Positions 11,117 through 25,122 of a DNA stretch of 64,000 nucleotides are shown here, in pieces (positions within the stretch are counted from its first letter, which is position 1; each line of letters begins with the position of its first letter). The notes under the pieces are model-generated. The model made no database searches, had not been told where the DNA came from, and worked only from the letters and a program-made list of their open reading frames with translations. Where the stretch lies: NCBI GenBank assembly GCA_963842945.1, contig CAWJIM010000024.1:64001-128000 (forward strand). Direction: 5' to 3'. A program made the translations under genes and the position numbers. The DNA comes from an uncultured Gemmatimonadales bacterium. GTDB taxonomy: Bacteria; Gemmatimonadota; Gemmatimonadetes; Gemmatimonadales; GWC2-71-9.

Positions 11117-11575
11117 TCACGCGTGTTGTTCGAGGGGAAGCCACAGCACCAGGGCGTCCTCTCTGGGGTTGCGATAGTACGCGGCGCGTTGTCCGACCGG
11201 ACGAAATCCGGAACTCAAGTACAGCGCTTGCGCTGACTGGTTGGATTCCCGGACCTCCAGATAGACCTCCTCGACCCGCCGCTTGCGAAAAAAGCCCAGC
11301 GCCGAGCGCAATAAGGCGCGGGCCACTCCGCGGCGGCGAAAGTCCGGAGCGACCGCAAGGTTGAGCACCTCACCAGTGCCCGCCACTTCCCTGCCGATCA
11401 GGTACCCGGCGACGCCCCGCCCGTTCTGCGCCACCAGGCCGAAAGTCCAGGGAGACTCCAGCGCCTCGCGAAAGCTGGCTTCACTCCAGGGATCGCTGAA
11501 GCACCGGCGCTCGATCGCGACGAGCGGTGCTGAATCAGCCGGGACTGCCGACCGAATCCGGTAAGGGTCGTCCAT
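11117..11575 (-). CDS. rimI: Ribosomal protein S18 alanine N-acetyltransferase
   Basis: FSDPWS, NLAVAPDFRRRG, LEVRESN, YYRNPREDA; ATG 11575. Confidence 0.92.
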   Translation of the reverse strand: MDDPYRIRSAVPADSAPLVAIERRCFSDPWSEASFREALESPWTFGLVAQNGRGVAGYLIGREVAGTGEVLNLAVAPDFRRRGVARALLRSALGFFRKRRVEEVYLEVRESNQSAQALYLSSGFRPVGQRAAYYRNPREDALVLWLPLEQHA

Positions 11576-12257
11576 GAACACTCTCCCAACGAGCCTGCGC
11601 TTCGGCCGGACGGCCATACACCGGCTCCCATTGCCCCACCGCATGCACCTCGCGCGCTCCGCCCCGAAGCCCCACCAGATCCAGCAGCCGCGCCGCGTGC
11701 GGTAATCCCTCGGGGGGACCGATGACCGGCTTACCCGACCACCGCTCCAGCACCTCGATGAGCTGGGGCGGGCCCTCTCCCACCAGAATGTCCGGCTGCA
11801 TGCCCCAGGACACAATGTCCTCCGGCCGGCGAACCGATGGGACCAACTCGGTGCGGAGGCCATCTGAATCGAACCGGTACGCTGCCGCGTACACCTCTCC
11901 CCGCATTGCATTGGCCAATGCGAGAACCAGAGCGTGAGGCCGGGCCACCTGAGCCGCGCGCACCAGCAATGAGGGAGCGGTCCAGAGCGGGATCCGCCGC
12001 GTGTGGACCAGCGCCTTTGCCACCGAAGCTCCCACTCGGAGCCCGGTGAAGCTGCCCGGGCCATCGCTCAACACCACGCCCTCCAGCGCGTCCAGAGTGG
12101 ATCCCGAACGGCCGAGCAGACCTTGGATGATGGGAAGCAACGCAGTGGCATGGCGCCGGGCGCCCGGAAGATTCTGCTCCAACGCAGCCCTGCCTGACCC
12201 CGGTTTTCCCAGAGCGACCGAGGCGCGGTCGCTGGCCGTGTCCAGCGCCAGCCACAT
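11535..12257 (-). CDS. tsaB: t6A complex subunit TsaB
   Basis: LALDTAS; GPGSFTGLRVG. Confidence 0.93.
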   Translation of the reverse strand: MWLALDTASDRASVALGKPGSGRAALEQNLPGARRHATALLPIIQGLLGRSGSTLDALEGVVLSDGPGSFTGLRVGASVAKALVHTRRIPLWTAPSLLVRAAQVARPHALVLALANAMRGEVYAAAYRFDSDGLRTELVPSVRRPEDIVSWGMQPDILVGEGPPQLIEVLERWSGKPVIGPPEGLPHAARLLDLVGLRGGAREVHAVGQWEPVYGRPAEAQARWESVHGRPLPDSVGSPG

Positions 12258-12667
12258 CAGAGAACCTCCAGTCTGCGGAGCTCCGGCTGAGAGACATGAG
12301 AGAGCCGGAACTTCCGGGTTGGCGCAGGCAACCATTCGCCGGCGCGCTCGGGCCACTCAACCAGAATGGCGTCGCCTTCGGTCAGCAGGCCTTCCCAGTC
12401 CAGATCGGCTGCCTCTTCCGGCGAGCGCAGGCGAAAGCAATCCAGGTGAAAGACCGGGCCCCGCGCGCCCTGGTACCGATGCACCAACGCGTAGGTGGGG
12501 CTGGTAGCGGGATGGGTGACCCCCAGGCCTCGGGTGACCGCCTTGATGAATGTGGTCTTCCCTGCACCGAGATCTCCTTCGAAACTGAGCACTTCACCGG
12601 GATCCAGGCGCCGCCCGAGCGCTTCGCCTTCGGCCTCGAGCTCCGCCAGGGTCAAGGACCGGCTCAT
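12257..12667 (-). CDS. tsaE: t6A ATPase TsaE
   Basis: [28 protein letters not shown]. Confidence 0.95.
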   Translation of the reverse strand: MSRSLTLAELEAEGEALGRRLDPGEVLSFEGDLGAGKTTFIKAVTRGLGVTHPATSPTYALVHRYQGARGPVFHLDCFRLRSPEEAADLDWEGLLTEGDAILVEWPERAGEWLPAPTRKFRLSHVSQPELRRLEVL

Positions 12668-14706
12668 GCCCGGCGCCGCAGTCGCGCCGGTGCTCGCCGC
12701 ACGTCCGGCGCACCGGCAGCCTTGAGATCGTTCAATTGATCCCGCAGCATGGCGGCCAGCTCGAACTCGAGATTGGCCGCGGCCTCACGCATTTGGCGCT
12801 CCAGTGAGGTGATGGCTGCCGCACGCTTGGCCGGGTCGCGCAAGTCGATGCGTTCCTGCGCCGCCGCCTTGGGCTCTGGCCGCTCGGTGCGCGCGTCGGC
12901 TACGTGGGTTGAGAGCCGCACCTCCTCCATGCTCTTGACGATGGACACCGGCGTGATGCCGTGCTCCAGGTTGTAGGCCCGCTGAATGGCCCGGCGCCGA
13001 TCCATTTCCTCCAGCGCTCGTTGCATGGAGCCGGTGATTCGATCGGCATACAGCACCGCCCGGCCGTTGATGTGCCGCGCCGCGCGGCCGATAGTCTGCA
13101 CCAGGGAGCGGTCCGAGCGCAGGAAGCCCTCCTGGTCTGCGTCCAGAATGGCGACGAGTGACACCTCCGGAAGGTCCAGGCCCTCCCGCAGCAGATTGAT
13201 TCCGACCAGAACATCGAAGTCACCCAGCCGGAGGCCTCGAAGGATTTCCATTCGCTCGATAGCGTCGATATCGGAGTGGAGATACCGCACCCGCACCCCG
13301 GCCTGCTGCAGGTAGTCCGTGAGGTCCTCCGACATTCGCTTGGTCAGGGTGGTGACCAGGACCCGCTCGCCCCGGGTTTCCCGCAGCCGGATCTCCGCCA
13401 GCAGATCGTCCACCTGACCCCGCACCGGCCGGACGTCGACTTCGGGGTCGATCAGGCCGGTGGGACGGATGATCTGTTCCACCACGGCGCCCTGCGACAA
13501 CCGTAGCTCGTATTCTCCCGGTGTCGCCGAGAGACTGATCATCTGCGGCGCCAGCGACATGAACTCGTCGAACTGGAGCGGCCGGTTGTCCAGGGCGGAG
13601 GGGAGCCGGAACCCATACTCTACCAGGGTGAGCTTCCGGGCTCGGTCGCCGTTGTACATGCCGCCGATTTGAGGCAAGCTCACGTGGGACTCGTCCACCA
13701 CCACCAGAAAATCGGGCGGGAAGTAATCGATGAGACAGGCAGGCCGTTCTCCTTCCCTGCGGCCGGTGAGATGGCGGGAATAATTCTCGATTCCGGCGCA
13801 GGTGCCCACCTCGAGCAGCATCTCGATATCGAAGGTGGTGCGCGACTCCAGCCGCTGGGCCTCGAGCAGCTTGCCGGCACTCTTCAGCTCATTGAGTCGA
13901 ACCGCCAGCTCTTCTCGTATCGCCTTGACCGCTCGCTCGATGGTGGGCCGCTGCGTGACAAAGTGCTTGGCCGGATAGATGGCGCACTGGTTGAGCTGAA
14001 CTATGGTTTCGCCGGTGAGAGGATTGATTTTGCTGATCCGCTCCACCTCGTCTCCCCACAGCTCGACCCGGATGGCCTGCTCGGCGTAGGCGGGAAAGAT
14101 CTCGATCGAGTCGCCCCGGACCCGGAAGGTTCCCTGCTCGAAGGCCACGTCGTTGCGCCCGTACTGGATGCGCACCAGCTCGGACAGGATGGCATCGCGC
14201 CCCCGGTGCTCCCCCTGCTGGACCGTGACCATGAGCTTGCGGTATTCAGCCGGGTCGCCCAGGCCGTAGATGGCGCTCACCGTGCCCACGATAACCACGT
14301 CCTCCCGCTCCATCAGGCTGGAGGTGGCCCTCAGCCGCAGACTCTCGATGTCCTGGTTGATCGAGGCGTCCTTCTCGATGTACACATCGGTAGCCGGGAC
14401 GTACGCTTCCGGCTGGTAGTAGTCGTAATAGGAGACGAAATACTCTACCGCGTTTCGAGGCAGAAACTGACGCAGCTCTCCGTAGAGCTGGGCGGCCAGT
14501 GTCTTGTTGTGGGACATCACCAGCGTGGGCTTGCCGTAGTTGGCGATGGTGTGCGCCAGGGTCATCGTCTTACCCGACCCCGTGACGCCCAGCAGGGTCT
14601 GGTACTTGTCTCCTCGGCGGAGACCTTCGGTCAGCTCACGGATGGCCTTGGGCTGGTCGCCGGCAGGCTGAAAGGGGGCGACCACCTCGAAACGGGGACT
14701 GCTCAT
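12664..14706 (-). CDS. uvrB: Excinuclease ABC subunit B
   Basis: [23 protein letters not shown]-terminal UVR domain. Confidence 0.98.
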   Translation of the reverse strand: MSSPRFEVVAPFQPAGDQPKAIRELTEGLRRGDKYQTLLGVTGSGKTMTLAHTIANYGKPTLVMSHNKTLAAQLYGELRQFLPRNAVEYFVSYYDYYQPEAYVPATDVYIEKDASINQDIESLRLRATSSLMEREDVVIVGTVSAIYGLGDPAEYRKLMVTVQQGEHRGRDAILSELVRIQYGRNDVAFEQGTFRVRGDSIEIFPAYAEQAIRVELWGDEVERISKINPLTGETIVQLNQCAIYPAKHFVTQRPTIERAVKAIREELAVRLNELKSAGKLLEAQRLESRTTFDIEMLLEVGTCAGIENYSRHLTGRREGERPACLIDYFPPDFLVVVDESHVSLPQIGGMYNGDRARKLTLVEYGFRLPSALDNRPLQFDEFMSLAPQMISLSATPGEYELRLSQGAVVEQIIRPTGLIDPEVDVRPVRGQVDDLLAEIRLRETRGERVLVTTLTKRMSEDLTDYLQQAGVRVRYLHSDIDAIERMEILRGLRLGDFDVLVGINLLREGLDLPEVSLVAILDADQEGFLRSDRSLVQTIGRAARHINGRAVLYADRITGSMQRALEEMDRRRAIQRAYNLEHGITPVSIVKSMEEVRLSTHVADARTERPEPKAAAQERIDLRDPAKRAAAITSLERQMREAAANLEFELAAMLRDQLNDLKAAGAPDVRRAPARLRRRA

Positions 14707-15158
14707 CGCTGGAATATATACTGCCGGGATTTCTTCGGGGAGGGCCCTATTTCAGCCCACCCATGCATGAGCAGGCGCTTCCACTGGGGTTCCGGCACCG
14801 GGATGACCGATAGTCTCGGCTGCCGGACCAGCGCGAGATCGGCGAAAGCGGGATCGGATTTGATCGAGGCCAGGGTAACGGGCTGGGGCAGCCGGCCGTC
14901 GGCTTTCACCTCGACCACGGTCAGCTTTCCGTCCGGATGCTTGGGATCGGGATAGGGCTCACTTACCACCCGCGCCAGCCCCACAATTTCCTTGTTGGCC
15001 CCCGAGTGATAGATCATCAGCGGGTCGCCTGGAGCCATGCTCCGGATGTGCCGGAGAGCCACCGGGTTGCTCACGCCATCCCACACCGCGTGCTGCTCTC
15101 GTTCCAGCTGCTCGAAGGGGTATACCTCCGAGTCGGTCTTGAGAATCCAGCGGTTCAA
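14703..15158 (-). CDS. EVE domain protein (true stop probably ~14747 after an indel)
   Basis: WILKTD, WDGVSN, YHSG, DPYPDP-like, RLSVIPV; the last ~20 residues look out of frame. Confidence 0.88.
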   Translation of the reverse strand: MNRWILKTDSEVYPFEQLEREQHAVWDGVSNPVALRHIRSMAPGDPLMIYHSGANKEIVGLARVVSEPYPDPKHPDGKLTVVEVKADGRLPQPVTLASIKSDPAFADLALVRQPRLSVIPVPEPQWKRLLMHGWAEIGPSPKKSRQYIFQR

Positions 15159-17314
15159 GCGGGCGGCGCCTCGCGCCGCTCGATTTCAGTCACGCCTTTC
15201 ACCTTCCGCACCGCCTTCATCACCTTGCCCAGATGAGGGAGGTTGTCCACTTCGACAAAGATGGTGCCGAAGACCGATCCGTCTCGAGTATGCAGGTCGG
15301 CTCCCCGGATGTTGGTGCCGGTTTGACTGATCGCTTCCATGATGTCGGCGTACAGACCTCGACGATCTTCCCCGGTAACAGCAAGCCGTACCGCGAATGC
15401 TTCTCCGGCCGTTTCCTGCCAGTCGATGTCTACCCGGCGTTCGTCCGCGGCCAGGGTGAGCAGGTTGGGACAGTCGGAGCGGTGAATCGAGATACCTCGA
15501 CCCTGGGTGACGTAGCCGACCACCGAGTCGCCGGGGACGGGCTGGCAGCACTGGGCGTACCGAACCATGAGCCCGTCGACGCCCTGGATCTTGATGCCCC
15601 GGCCCAACCGGATCCGGTCGATGACCCGGCCGAAGACCGTGGGTTTGGGCTCCTGCATCTCATCGGTGGGCACGTCCGGATAGAGGGCGCGGATCACCTG
15701 GCCGATTGGCACGTCTCCCCGGCCCACGGCGATCTCCAGGCCCCGTCCGTCCGCCAGCGAAAGTGTGTGCGCCGCCTTGGCCAGACGCTCATCGTCCGGC
15801 AGGTTCAGCCGGCGCCGCCGGACCTCGCGGGCCAGGATTTCCTTTCCCAGCGCGAGGCTGACCGTCTCCTCCTCGTGGTTGACCCACTGTTTGATCTTGT
15901 GGCGGGCGCGGGCGGTGCGAACGTGGCTCAGCCAGTCCCGGCTGGGTTTGGCGGTGGCGCTGGTGAGAATCTCCACGGTATCGCCGCTCTTGAGCTCCCG
16001 GTGCAGCGGCGCGATCCGGCCGTTGACTTTAGCGCCCTGGCACTTGAGGCCCACCTCGGTGTGCACGTGAAAGGCGAAGTCGATCGGGGTGGAACCCTTG
16101 GGCAACCGCTTCACGTCTCCATGCGGCGTGAAGATGAAGATCTCATCCTGATAGAGGTCGATCTTCAGGAACTCGAGGAACTCCTCGGGACTGTGGGTGT
16201 CCTGCTGCAGCTCGAGAAGCTGGCGGAACCAGCCCAGGTGCTGGTCCAGTTCGTCCCGACTGCCGTCGCGCTTGTACACCCAGTGGGCGGCAATGCCGTA
16301 TTCGGCCGTGCGGTGCATGTCATGAGTGCGGATCTGCACCTCGAACAGCTGGCCGCCCGGACCGAAGATGGTGGTGTGCAGCGACTGGTACGCGTTGGAC
16401 TTGGGGCTGGCGATGTAGTCCTTGATCCGCTCCTGGATCGGGGTCCAGTTGTGATGAATGATTCCCAGCACATGATAGCAATCGGGCACGGTGCGCACGA
16501 GCACCCGGACCGCCATGAGATCGTAAATCTCGTCGAACGCCTTGCCCCGCTTTTTCATCTTCTGGAAGATCGACCAGAGATGTTTGGGCCGGCCGGTGAC
16601 CTCGAACCACTCGATCCCGGCTTCCCGTAGCTCGTGATCGAGCGGCGTCTTGAGCTTGAGGATGGTCTGTTCCCGAGCCGCTCGCTTGGCCGCGACTTGC
16701 AGGGCGAGCTCCCGATAATCGTCCGGCTCGAGAAACTTGAACGCCAGATCTTCCAGCTCGGCCTTGATGCCTGCCATGCCGAAGCGGTGGGCCAGCGGGG
16801 CGTAGATCTCTCTCGTTTCCAACGCAATGCGGGCGCGCCGCTCGGGCGGGAGATGCTCCAGCGTCCGCATGTTGTGCAGCCGATCGCCCAGCTTGATGAT
16901 GATGACCCGGGCGTCTTTGGCGATGGACAGCAAGAGCTTGCGGTAGTTCTCGACCTGCTCCTCGGCTGACGAATGAAACGTCAGGCTGGAGATTTTGGTG
17001 AGACCATCCACGATGCCGGCGACTTCCGGGCCGAACTCCCGGGCAATGTCCTCCGTCCGAACGTCCGAGTCCTCAACCACATCGTGCAGCAGCGCGGCAG
17101 CGATGGTAGTGCTGTCGAGCAGCTGCTCGGCCAGGATGAGGGCGACGGCGATAGTGTGGGAGACGAAATCTTCCCCCGACATTCGCTTCTGGCCCCGGTG
17201 CGCGGTGGCGCTGAAGCGCAACGCCCGCTCCACCAGCTCGAGGTCCAGACGATCGGCGTGCTTCTCCAGCACGGCCCGAAGATCCGGAGCCAGATCGGGG
17301 AGTGTTCCAGTCAT
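15155..17314 (-). CDS. relA: Bifunctional (p)ppGpp synthetase/hydrolase (long RSH)
   Basis: HD domain (LLHDVVED), synthetase (YQSLHTT, EVQIRT), TGS, CC and ACT domains; ATG 17314. Confidence 0.96.
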   Translation of the reverse strand: MTGTLPDLAPDLRAVLEKHADRLDLELVERALRFSATAHRGQKRMSGEDFVSHTIAVALILAEQLLDSTTIAAALLHDVVEDSDVRTEDIAREFGPEVAGIVDGLTKISSLTFHSSAEEQVENYRKLLLSIAKDARVIIIKLGDRLHNMRTLEHLPPERRARIALETREIYAPLAHRFGMAGIKAELEDLAFKFLEPDDYRELALQVAAKRAAREQTILKLKTPLDHELREAGIEWFEVTGRPKHLWSIFQKMKKRGKAFDEIYDLMAVRVLVRTVPDCYHVLGIIHHNWTPIQERIKDYIASPKSNAYQSLHTTIFGPGGQLFEVQIRTHDMHRTAEYGIAAHWVYKRDGSRDELDQHLGWFRQLLELQQDTHSPEEFLEFLKIDLYQDEIFIFTPHGDVKRLPKGSTPIDFAFHVHTEVGLKCQGAKVNGRIAPLHRELKSGDTVEILTSATAKPSRDWLSHVRTARARHKIKQWVNHEEETVSLALGKEILAREVRRRRLNLPDDERLAKAAHTLSLADGRGLEIAVGRGDVPIGQVIRALYPDVPTDEMQEPKPTVFGRVIDRIRLGRGIKIQGVDGLMVRYAQCCQPVPGDSVVGYVTQGRGISIHRSDCPNLLTLAADERRVDIDWQETAGEAFAVRLAVTGEDRRGLYADIMEAISQTGTNIRGADLHTRDGSVFGTIFVEVDNLPHLGKVMKAVRKVKGVTEIERREAPPA

Positions 17315-17994
17315 AGCAGGCCAGCGGTTGCAAAACTCACGTATCGATCTCCCGCGATGATCACGTGATCGTACAGAGGCAGGTCGAGCAGCCGGCCCGC
17401 CGAGCACAACTGTTTGGTGGCCGCCCGGTCTTCCGCCGAAGGGGTGGGATCGCCACTGGGATGATTGTGGACCACGATGATTCCGGCGGCAGCTTCGGCT
17501 ATGGCCGCCCGGAACACCTCACGCGGATGCACCAGCGAGCTGTTGAGCAGGCCGCGGGTGATCAGCACCTCCCGAAGCACCTGACTTTGACTATCCAGTG
17601 CAAGAAGATGGAACTCTTCCACCTGCAGGTCCCGCAGACGAGGACCAAACAGGCGGAGCACGTCCTCGGGTTCCCGGATTCGCTGCACCCGGGGGCGCTC
17701 CTCCCGGGCCGCTCGGGCCCCCAGCTCAAAGGCTGCAATCAGCCGCCCCGCCTTGGTAGGACCGATTCCAGGCGAGCGAAGCAACTCTGCACTCGGCCGC
17801 TGGGCTAACCGCCGAAGCGAGCCATCACTGACCTCGAGTAGTTGCCGGGCCAGTTCCAGAACGTCCTGACCGCCTCCCCCTGTACCTAACACGATGGCAA
17901 GAAGTTCGGCGGTCGTCAACGCGGCGGGGCCCAGCGACCAGAGACGCTCCCGAGGCCGATCGGCCTCGGGGATGGTGGAAACCGGGAGAGCCAT
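17311..17994 (-). CDS. radC: RadC (JAB domain)
   Basis: RPRERL; VHPREVF; HNHPSGDPTPSAED; DHVII. Confidence 0.95.
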   Translation of the reverse strand: MALPVSTIPEADRPRERLWSLGPAALTTAELLAIVLGTGGGGQDVLELARQLLEVSDGSLRRLAQRPSAELLRSPGIGPTKAGRLIAAFELGARAAREERPRVQRIREPEDVLRLFGPRLRDLQVEEFHLLALDSQSQVLREVLITRGLLNSSLVHPREVFRAAIAEAAAGIIVVHNHPSGDPTPSAEDRAATKQLCSAGRLLDLPLYDHVIIAGDRYVSFATAGLL

Positions 17995-18064
17995 CCGTCA
18001 GGATAGCCGGTCCGGCAGCTGGAATCATTGTCATTATCCTGCAGACACAGCAGAACTTACGCGA

Positions 18065-21189
<3,125 letters not shown>

Positions 21190-21193
<4 letters not shown>

Positions 21194-21762
21194 TCTGGGT
21201 CCAAATATAACTGGTGTCGAGCGATATACTCCGCCACCGAGTCGGGCACCCAGTAGCGAATCGACTGTCGGCGGGTGACTCGACGGCGAATTTCGGTAGC
21301 CGAGATATCCAGCGCGGGAACCGGAATGACCTGTGAGATCAGCGGGTTGGCCGGAATCGCCGATCCCGGCCGGGCAAAGACCACCACCCGTGCCAACTGG
21401 GGGATCCGCTCGGCCTGGTGCCAGGATGAAAGCTCCGCCGCCGCGTCGGCCCCCAGCAACAACACCAGCGCGGTCCTGGGATGACGCCGGCTGAGATCGT
21501 CCAGGGTGTGGACAGTATACGAGGGGGGTGGCCGGTCCAGTTCGCTCCGTTCCAGGCCAAAGCCGGGACAGCCGGCAAGGGCGAGCGACAGCATTGCGGT
21601 CCGGTGCTCGGGAGAGCTCCGGTGCTGCCCTCGCTTGAACGGTTGTTCGCGGGCCGGCACGAACTGGAGACTCTCCAGACCCAGCGTCTCCGAGGCAACC
21701 TGCCCCAGGATCAAATGTCCGTGATGTACGGGATCGAACGACCCGCCGAAGACACCGATCAT
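21190..21762 (-). CDS. nadD: Nicotinate-nucleotide adenylyltransferase
   Basis: GGSFDPVHHGH; ISATEIR; ATG 21762. Confidence 0.95.
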
Positions 21763-21769
21763 CCGGCGC

Positions 21770-22543
21770 TCACGCCGCGGGTTTGGAGGGACAGACCTCG
21801 CCGACTTGGGGGGCACGGGGATGAAACCGACGGATGTACCCGCAGGTCTCCTGCACATCTTCGCGATATCCCAGCGCCTTATATGCCTGAACCAGCTTGA
21901 CCAAAGCCTCCGGAACGATCGCGGCCTTGGGATAAGTGGCCACCACGTCCTTGAGATAGAGGATGGCGGAGTCGTACGCCTTCAGGCGGAAGTAGAACAT
22001 TCCCGCCTTGTACTCCTTGGTGGCAAACCGCTCGTTGAGCTCGGCGATCCGCAGTTGTCCCCGGTTTGCCGCGCTGCTGCCGGGATACCTATTCAATAGC
22101 TCCTGATAGGTGGAGAGGGCGGTCTGTCCATACGTGGGGTCCAACTCAGGCCGCCGCCAGAGATCGGCGTAGACGTCGCCGAGGCGGAGCAGGGCCTCAG
22201 GAGCAATCGGATCGTTGGGCGTTTCATCCGAGGCCCTGCGGAACTCGCGGGCCGCCTCGAGCTGGTGATTTTGAGCGAATAGCGCCTCGCCCAGATAGTA
22301 GTGTGCTCGGCCAACCCGCGGATCTCCCGGAGAAAATTCCAGATTGATCCGATCGAGCAGCTTCTCGGCGTCACCCCATTTCCCATGATGAACCGCCTGC
22401 TCCGCCTGCTGCCATAGAGAGTCGATGCTCGCTGCACTCGCTCCGGTGGCAGATGCGGGCGCCGGCGCACTGCTTCCCCGGCTGCGCCCGCCGCCGCACC
22501 CGGCCAGCAGAAGCAGAGCCCACAGAGAGAAGGCCCTGCTCAT
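21770..22543 (-). CDS. bamD: Outer membrane assembly factor BamD
   Basis: Lipobox LAGC; TPRs; RPELDPT; GMFYFRLKAYDSA. Confidence 0.85.
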   Translation of the reverse strand: MSRAFSLWALLLLAGCGGGRSRGSSAPAPASATGASAASIDSLWQQAEQAVHHGKWGDAEKLLDRINLEFSPGDPRVGRAHYYLGEALFAQNHQLEAAREFRRASDETPNDPIAPEALLRLGDVYADLWRRPELDPTYGQTALSTYQELLNRYPGSSAANRGQLRIAELNERFATKEYKAGMFYFRLKAYDSAILYLKDVVATYPKAAIVPEALVKLVQAYKALGYREDVQETCGYIRRFHPRAPQVGEVCPSKPAA

Positions 22544-23463
22544 CGAAGGATCGTCCCGGTCAGCGGGCTCGAGGTCCGGGCGCGCAACTCCTCCAGCCGA
22601 TCCCGCGCCATCTGCATGGTGGAATCGCTTTGGACTGCGTCGGCCGTCACGGCGCGGTACGCCTCAGCCGCGGCTGCGGTATCTCCCAGCCGAGCCCGAG
22701 CATCTCCGTATCCCACCAGAGCGCGGCGGCCGACGGGAGTACCGGAATCCACTCTGATGGCGGCGGCAAACCAAAGCGCGGCATCCTCGGGCTTACTGGC
22801 CGCCTCGGCGCGAAGCCCCAGGGCCAGTGAGCAACCGGCGACACCATCCTCGGCCCGGGTGCGGACCTCGTTGCTGCGACTTCGGCGGACCGTAGCCTGA
22901 AACACCGGGAATGCCTGATCGCAGCCCGAGGTTTCCTGCAGGGCCGCCGCGTAGACTCCAAGCAAGGAGTCCACGGTTTCGGCATCGGGCGCCGCGCCAA
23001 TGGCCGCGGGCAGGACTGCCACGAGATCGTTGGCCTCGGCTCCGGGACGGCGCACCACGGCCAGAGCATAGCGGCCGATGGAGCGGCTTGGCGCGATCAT
23101 CCCGAGACCGATGACCGCGGATTCGAGGCGTCTGGTATCACCGGCTCGGTCGGCCCCGCGGGCCACCGCCTCGAGACCCTCCGCCGCTTCTTCTGCCCGG
23201 GTGGGATCTTCGGCTGCCAGCCGCAGGTAGGCGTCCGATGCGACTTCGAGGTTGCCGGTGTGGAGCGCCGCGGCGCCTACCTTGGCCCATACCCTGGCGT
23301 CAGGATCTTTGGCCACCGCCGCCCGGTACTGGGCCAGAGCCACGGCGTAGTTGCCCTGGCCGTAGGCATCATCCCCCTGGCGTTCCTGGTCCCGCCCGCC
23401 TCCACACGCTGCCAGCGCAGCCAATGCGACCGCTCCACCCACGCTCAACCACTCAGTCGTCAC
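22540..23463 (-). CDS. Putative TPR/alpha-solenoid lipoprotein
   Basis: LAAC lipobox after GTG 23463; Ala-rich helical repeats. Confidence 0.65.
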   Translation of the reverse strand: MTTEWLSVGGAVALAALAACGGGRDQERQGDDAYGQGNYAVALAQYRAAVAKDPDARVWAKVGAAALHTGNLEVASDAYLRLAAEDPTRAEEAAEGLEAVARGADRAGDTRRLESAVIGLGMIAPSRSIGRYALAVVRRPGAEANDLVAVLPAAIGAAPDAETVDSLLGVYAAALQETSGCDQAFPVFQATVRRSRSNEVRTRAEDGVAGCSLALGLRAEAASKPEDAALWFAAAIRVDSGTPVGRRALVGYGDARARLGDTAAAAEAYRAVTADAVQSDSTMQMARDRLEELRARTSSPLTGTILR

Positions 23464-24170
23464 TGACCTGCCCGGGTAAGCATCGACAGGTAAGCCTCCA
23501 CTCGGGCGTTCTCCGGGCGCCGCGACAGGCACGATTGCCACACCTCCCGGGCACCATCGGCATCGCCCGAGAGAAAGTGGGCGAGCCCCAGCGCAGCCTG
23601 GGCGTCGATGAAGTTGGGGCGTTCCCGGAGCACCTCTTCCAGTGTCATTCGCGCGTCCAGGGGCCGTCCTGCCTCGAGCAGGAGCCGGGCAAGACGGTAA
23701 CGCAGATCGTGAAAGGTGGGTCCCAGCTCCAGGGCCCGCTCATACTGCTCTATGGCCCGGTTCAGCGCGCCGGCCCCGGCGTAGGTCTCGGCCAGGTCTG
23801 CGTGATGGTTGGCAAGCTGGGCAGCAACCGGCAGGGGCAAGCCGTCAGCCGTTTTGTGATCGATGCTCGATGCCGCGTGGTTGAACGCTTCCTCCGCCTC
23901 ATCGGTTCGGCCCAGCTCATTGAGCACCAGTCCGCGATGGATCAAGGCCTCGACGTAATTCGGATTCAGCTCCAGCGCGCGCTCCAACTCCTTCAAGGCG
24001 CGCTCCGATTGCCCCAGCAGCGAGAGCGAAACCCCGAGGAGGTGATGGACGTCGGCGAAGGCCCGCCCCGAATCGACAATCGATTCGAGCAGATGGACCG
24101 CCCCGTAGTAATCCTGTACCACGAATCGCTCCCGGGCCCGCGCCAACAGGAGATCAGTCTGCCCGGCCAT
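23460..24170 (-). CDS. Tetratricopeptide repeat protein
   Basis: Multiple TPRs (ALELNPNYVEA, ALELGPTFHD); ATG 24170. Confidence 0.85.
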   Translation of the reverse strand: MAGQTDLLLARARERFVVQDYYGAVHLLESIVDSGRAFADVHHLLGVSLSLLGQSERALKELERALELNPNYVEALIHRGLVLNELGRTDEAEEAFNHAASSIDHKTADGLPLPVAAQLANHHADLAETYAGAGALNRAIEQYERALELGPTFHDLRYRLARLLLEAGRPLDARMTLEEVLRERPNFIDAQAALGLAHFLSGDADGAREVWQSCLSRRPENARVEAYLSMLTRAGQ

Positions 24171-25122
24171 AAGCCTCTCTGAACCAGTGGACGAAACGAT
24201 GAATGCCGTCGGAGAACGCAATCTTCGGCCGATAGCCCAGCACCGCCGAGGATTTCGTGAGATCGGCGGCGGTCTGCTGTACATCGCCCGGCTGCATCGG
24301 GGCCCACTCGATCTTCGGCTTGACGCCGAGTGCGGCGGCGATCTCCGCCACCATGGCCTCAGTCTGCACCGGCCGATTCCCGCCGAGGTTGAAGGTCTCG
24401 ACCCCCACTGGAGCCGTTGCGCTCCAGTCGACGGCCGAGAGCACACCAGCGATGATATCGTCGCAGTAGGTGTAGTCGCGCGCCTGGGTGCCGTCCCCGA
24501 ATAGAGTGAGAGGACACCCTTCCACCATCCTCCGGGTGAAGGCGTGGATGGCCAGATCGGGACGCTGCCGGGGGCCGTAGACGGTGAAGAACCGAAGCGA
24601 CACCGTCTGGAACCCGTAGATCGGCGCTACCGATTGTAGCAAGAGCTCCCCCGCGCGCTTGGTGGCGGCATAAGGAGAAACCGGTACGACGGCCACCGCG
24701 TCTTCGCGGAACGGCACTGGAGTGCTGTCGCCGTACACGGAGGAGGAAGACCCAAAGACAAAGCGGGCCACTCCCGCCTGTCGAGCCGCTTCGGCCACGG
24801 CAGCGGTCCCGGTGACGTTGGCCCGGGCGTACCCCACCGGGTCGGCCAGGGAAGGCCGAACCCCCGCCTTGGCCGCGAGATGCACAATGACGGTGTCGGC
24901 GGTAAGCAGCGAGCGGAGCGCCTTCACCTCGAGCAGGTCCAGCTCCCGAAAGGTGAATCCGGCCGGGCACCCGATCTCTGCCAGGTTTCGTTCCTTCATG
25001 GCCCGGGGATAAAACGGATCGAAGTTATCGATGCCGATGACTTCGTCGCCCTGCCGTATCAGCGCCTGAACCAGATGCGATCCAATGAACCCAGCAGCCC
25101 CCGTAACCAGGACCCGCGTCAC
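24154..25122 (-). CDS. NAD-dependent epimerase, UDP-glucuronate 4-epimerase-like
   Basis: GAAGFIG; AKAGVRPS; YAATK; RFFTVYGPRQRPDLA. Confidence 0.88.
   Translation of the reverse strand: MTRVLVTGAAGFIGSHLVQALIRQGDEVIGIDNFDPFYPRAMKERNLAEIGCPAGFTFRELDLLEVKALRSLLTADTVIVHLAAKAGVRPSLADPVGYARANVTGTAAVAEAARQAGVARFVFGSSSSVYGDSTPVPFREDAVAVVPVSPYAATKRAGELLLQSVAPIYGFQTVSLRFFTVYGPRQRPDLAIHAFTRRMVEGCPLTLFGDGTQARDYTYCDDIIAGVLSAVDWSATAPVGVETFNLGGNRPVQTEAMVAEIAAALGVKPKIEWAPMQPGDVQQTAADLTKSSAVLGYRPKIAFSDGIHRFVHWFREAYGRAD

Noticed and set aside
14707..14725. CTGGAATATATACTG upstream of uvrB as a LexA/SOS box
   Set aside because: It does not fit CTG-N10-CAG or another LexA palindrome I can support, and it is better explained as a -10 box.
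17311..17994. RadC JAB domain as part of a mobile-element anti-defence module or partner of the Ubl operon
   Set aside because: It is the full-length chromosomal type in a housekeeping context, 27 kb from the Ubl genes, which have their own JAB enzyme.
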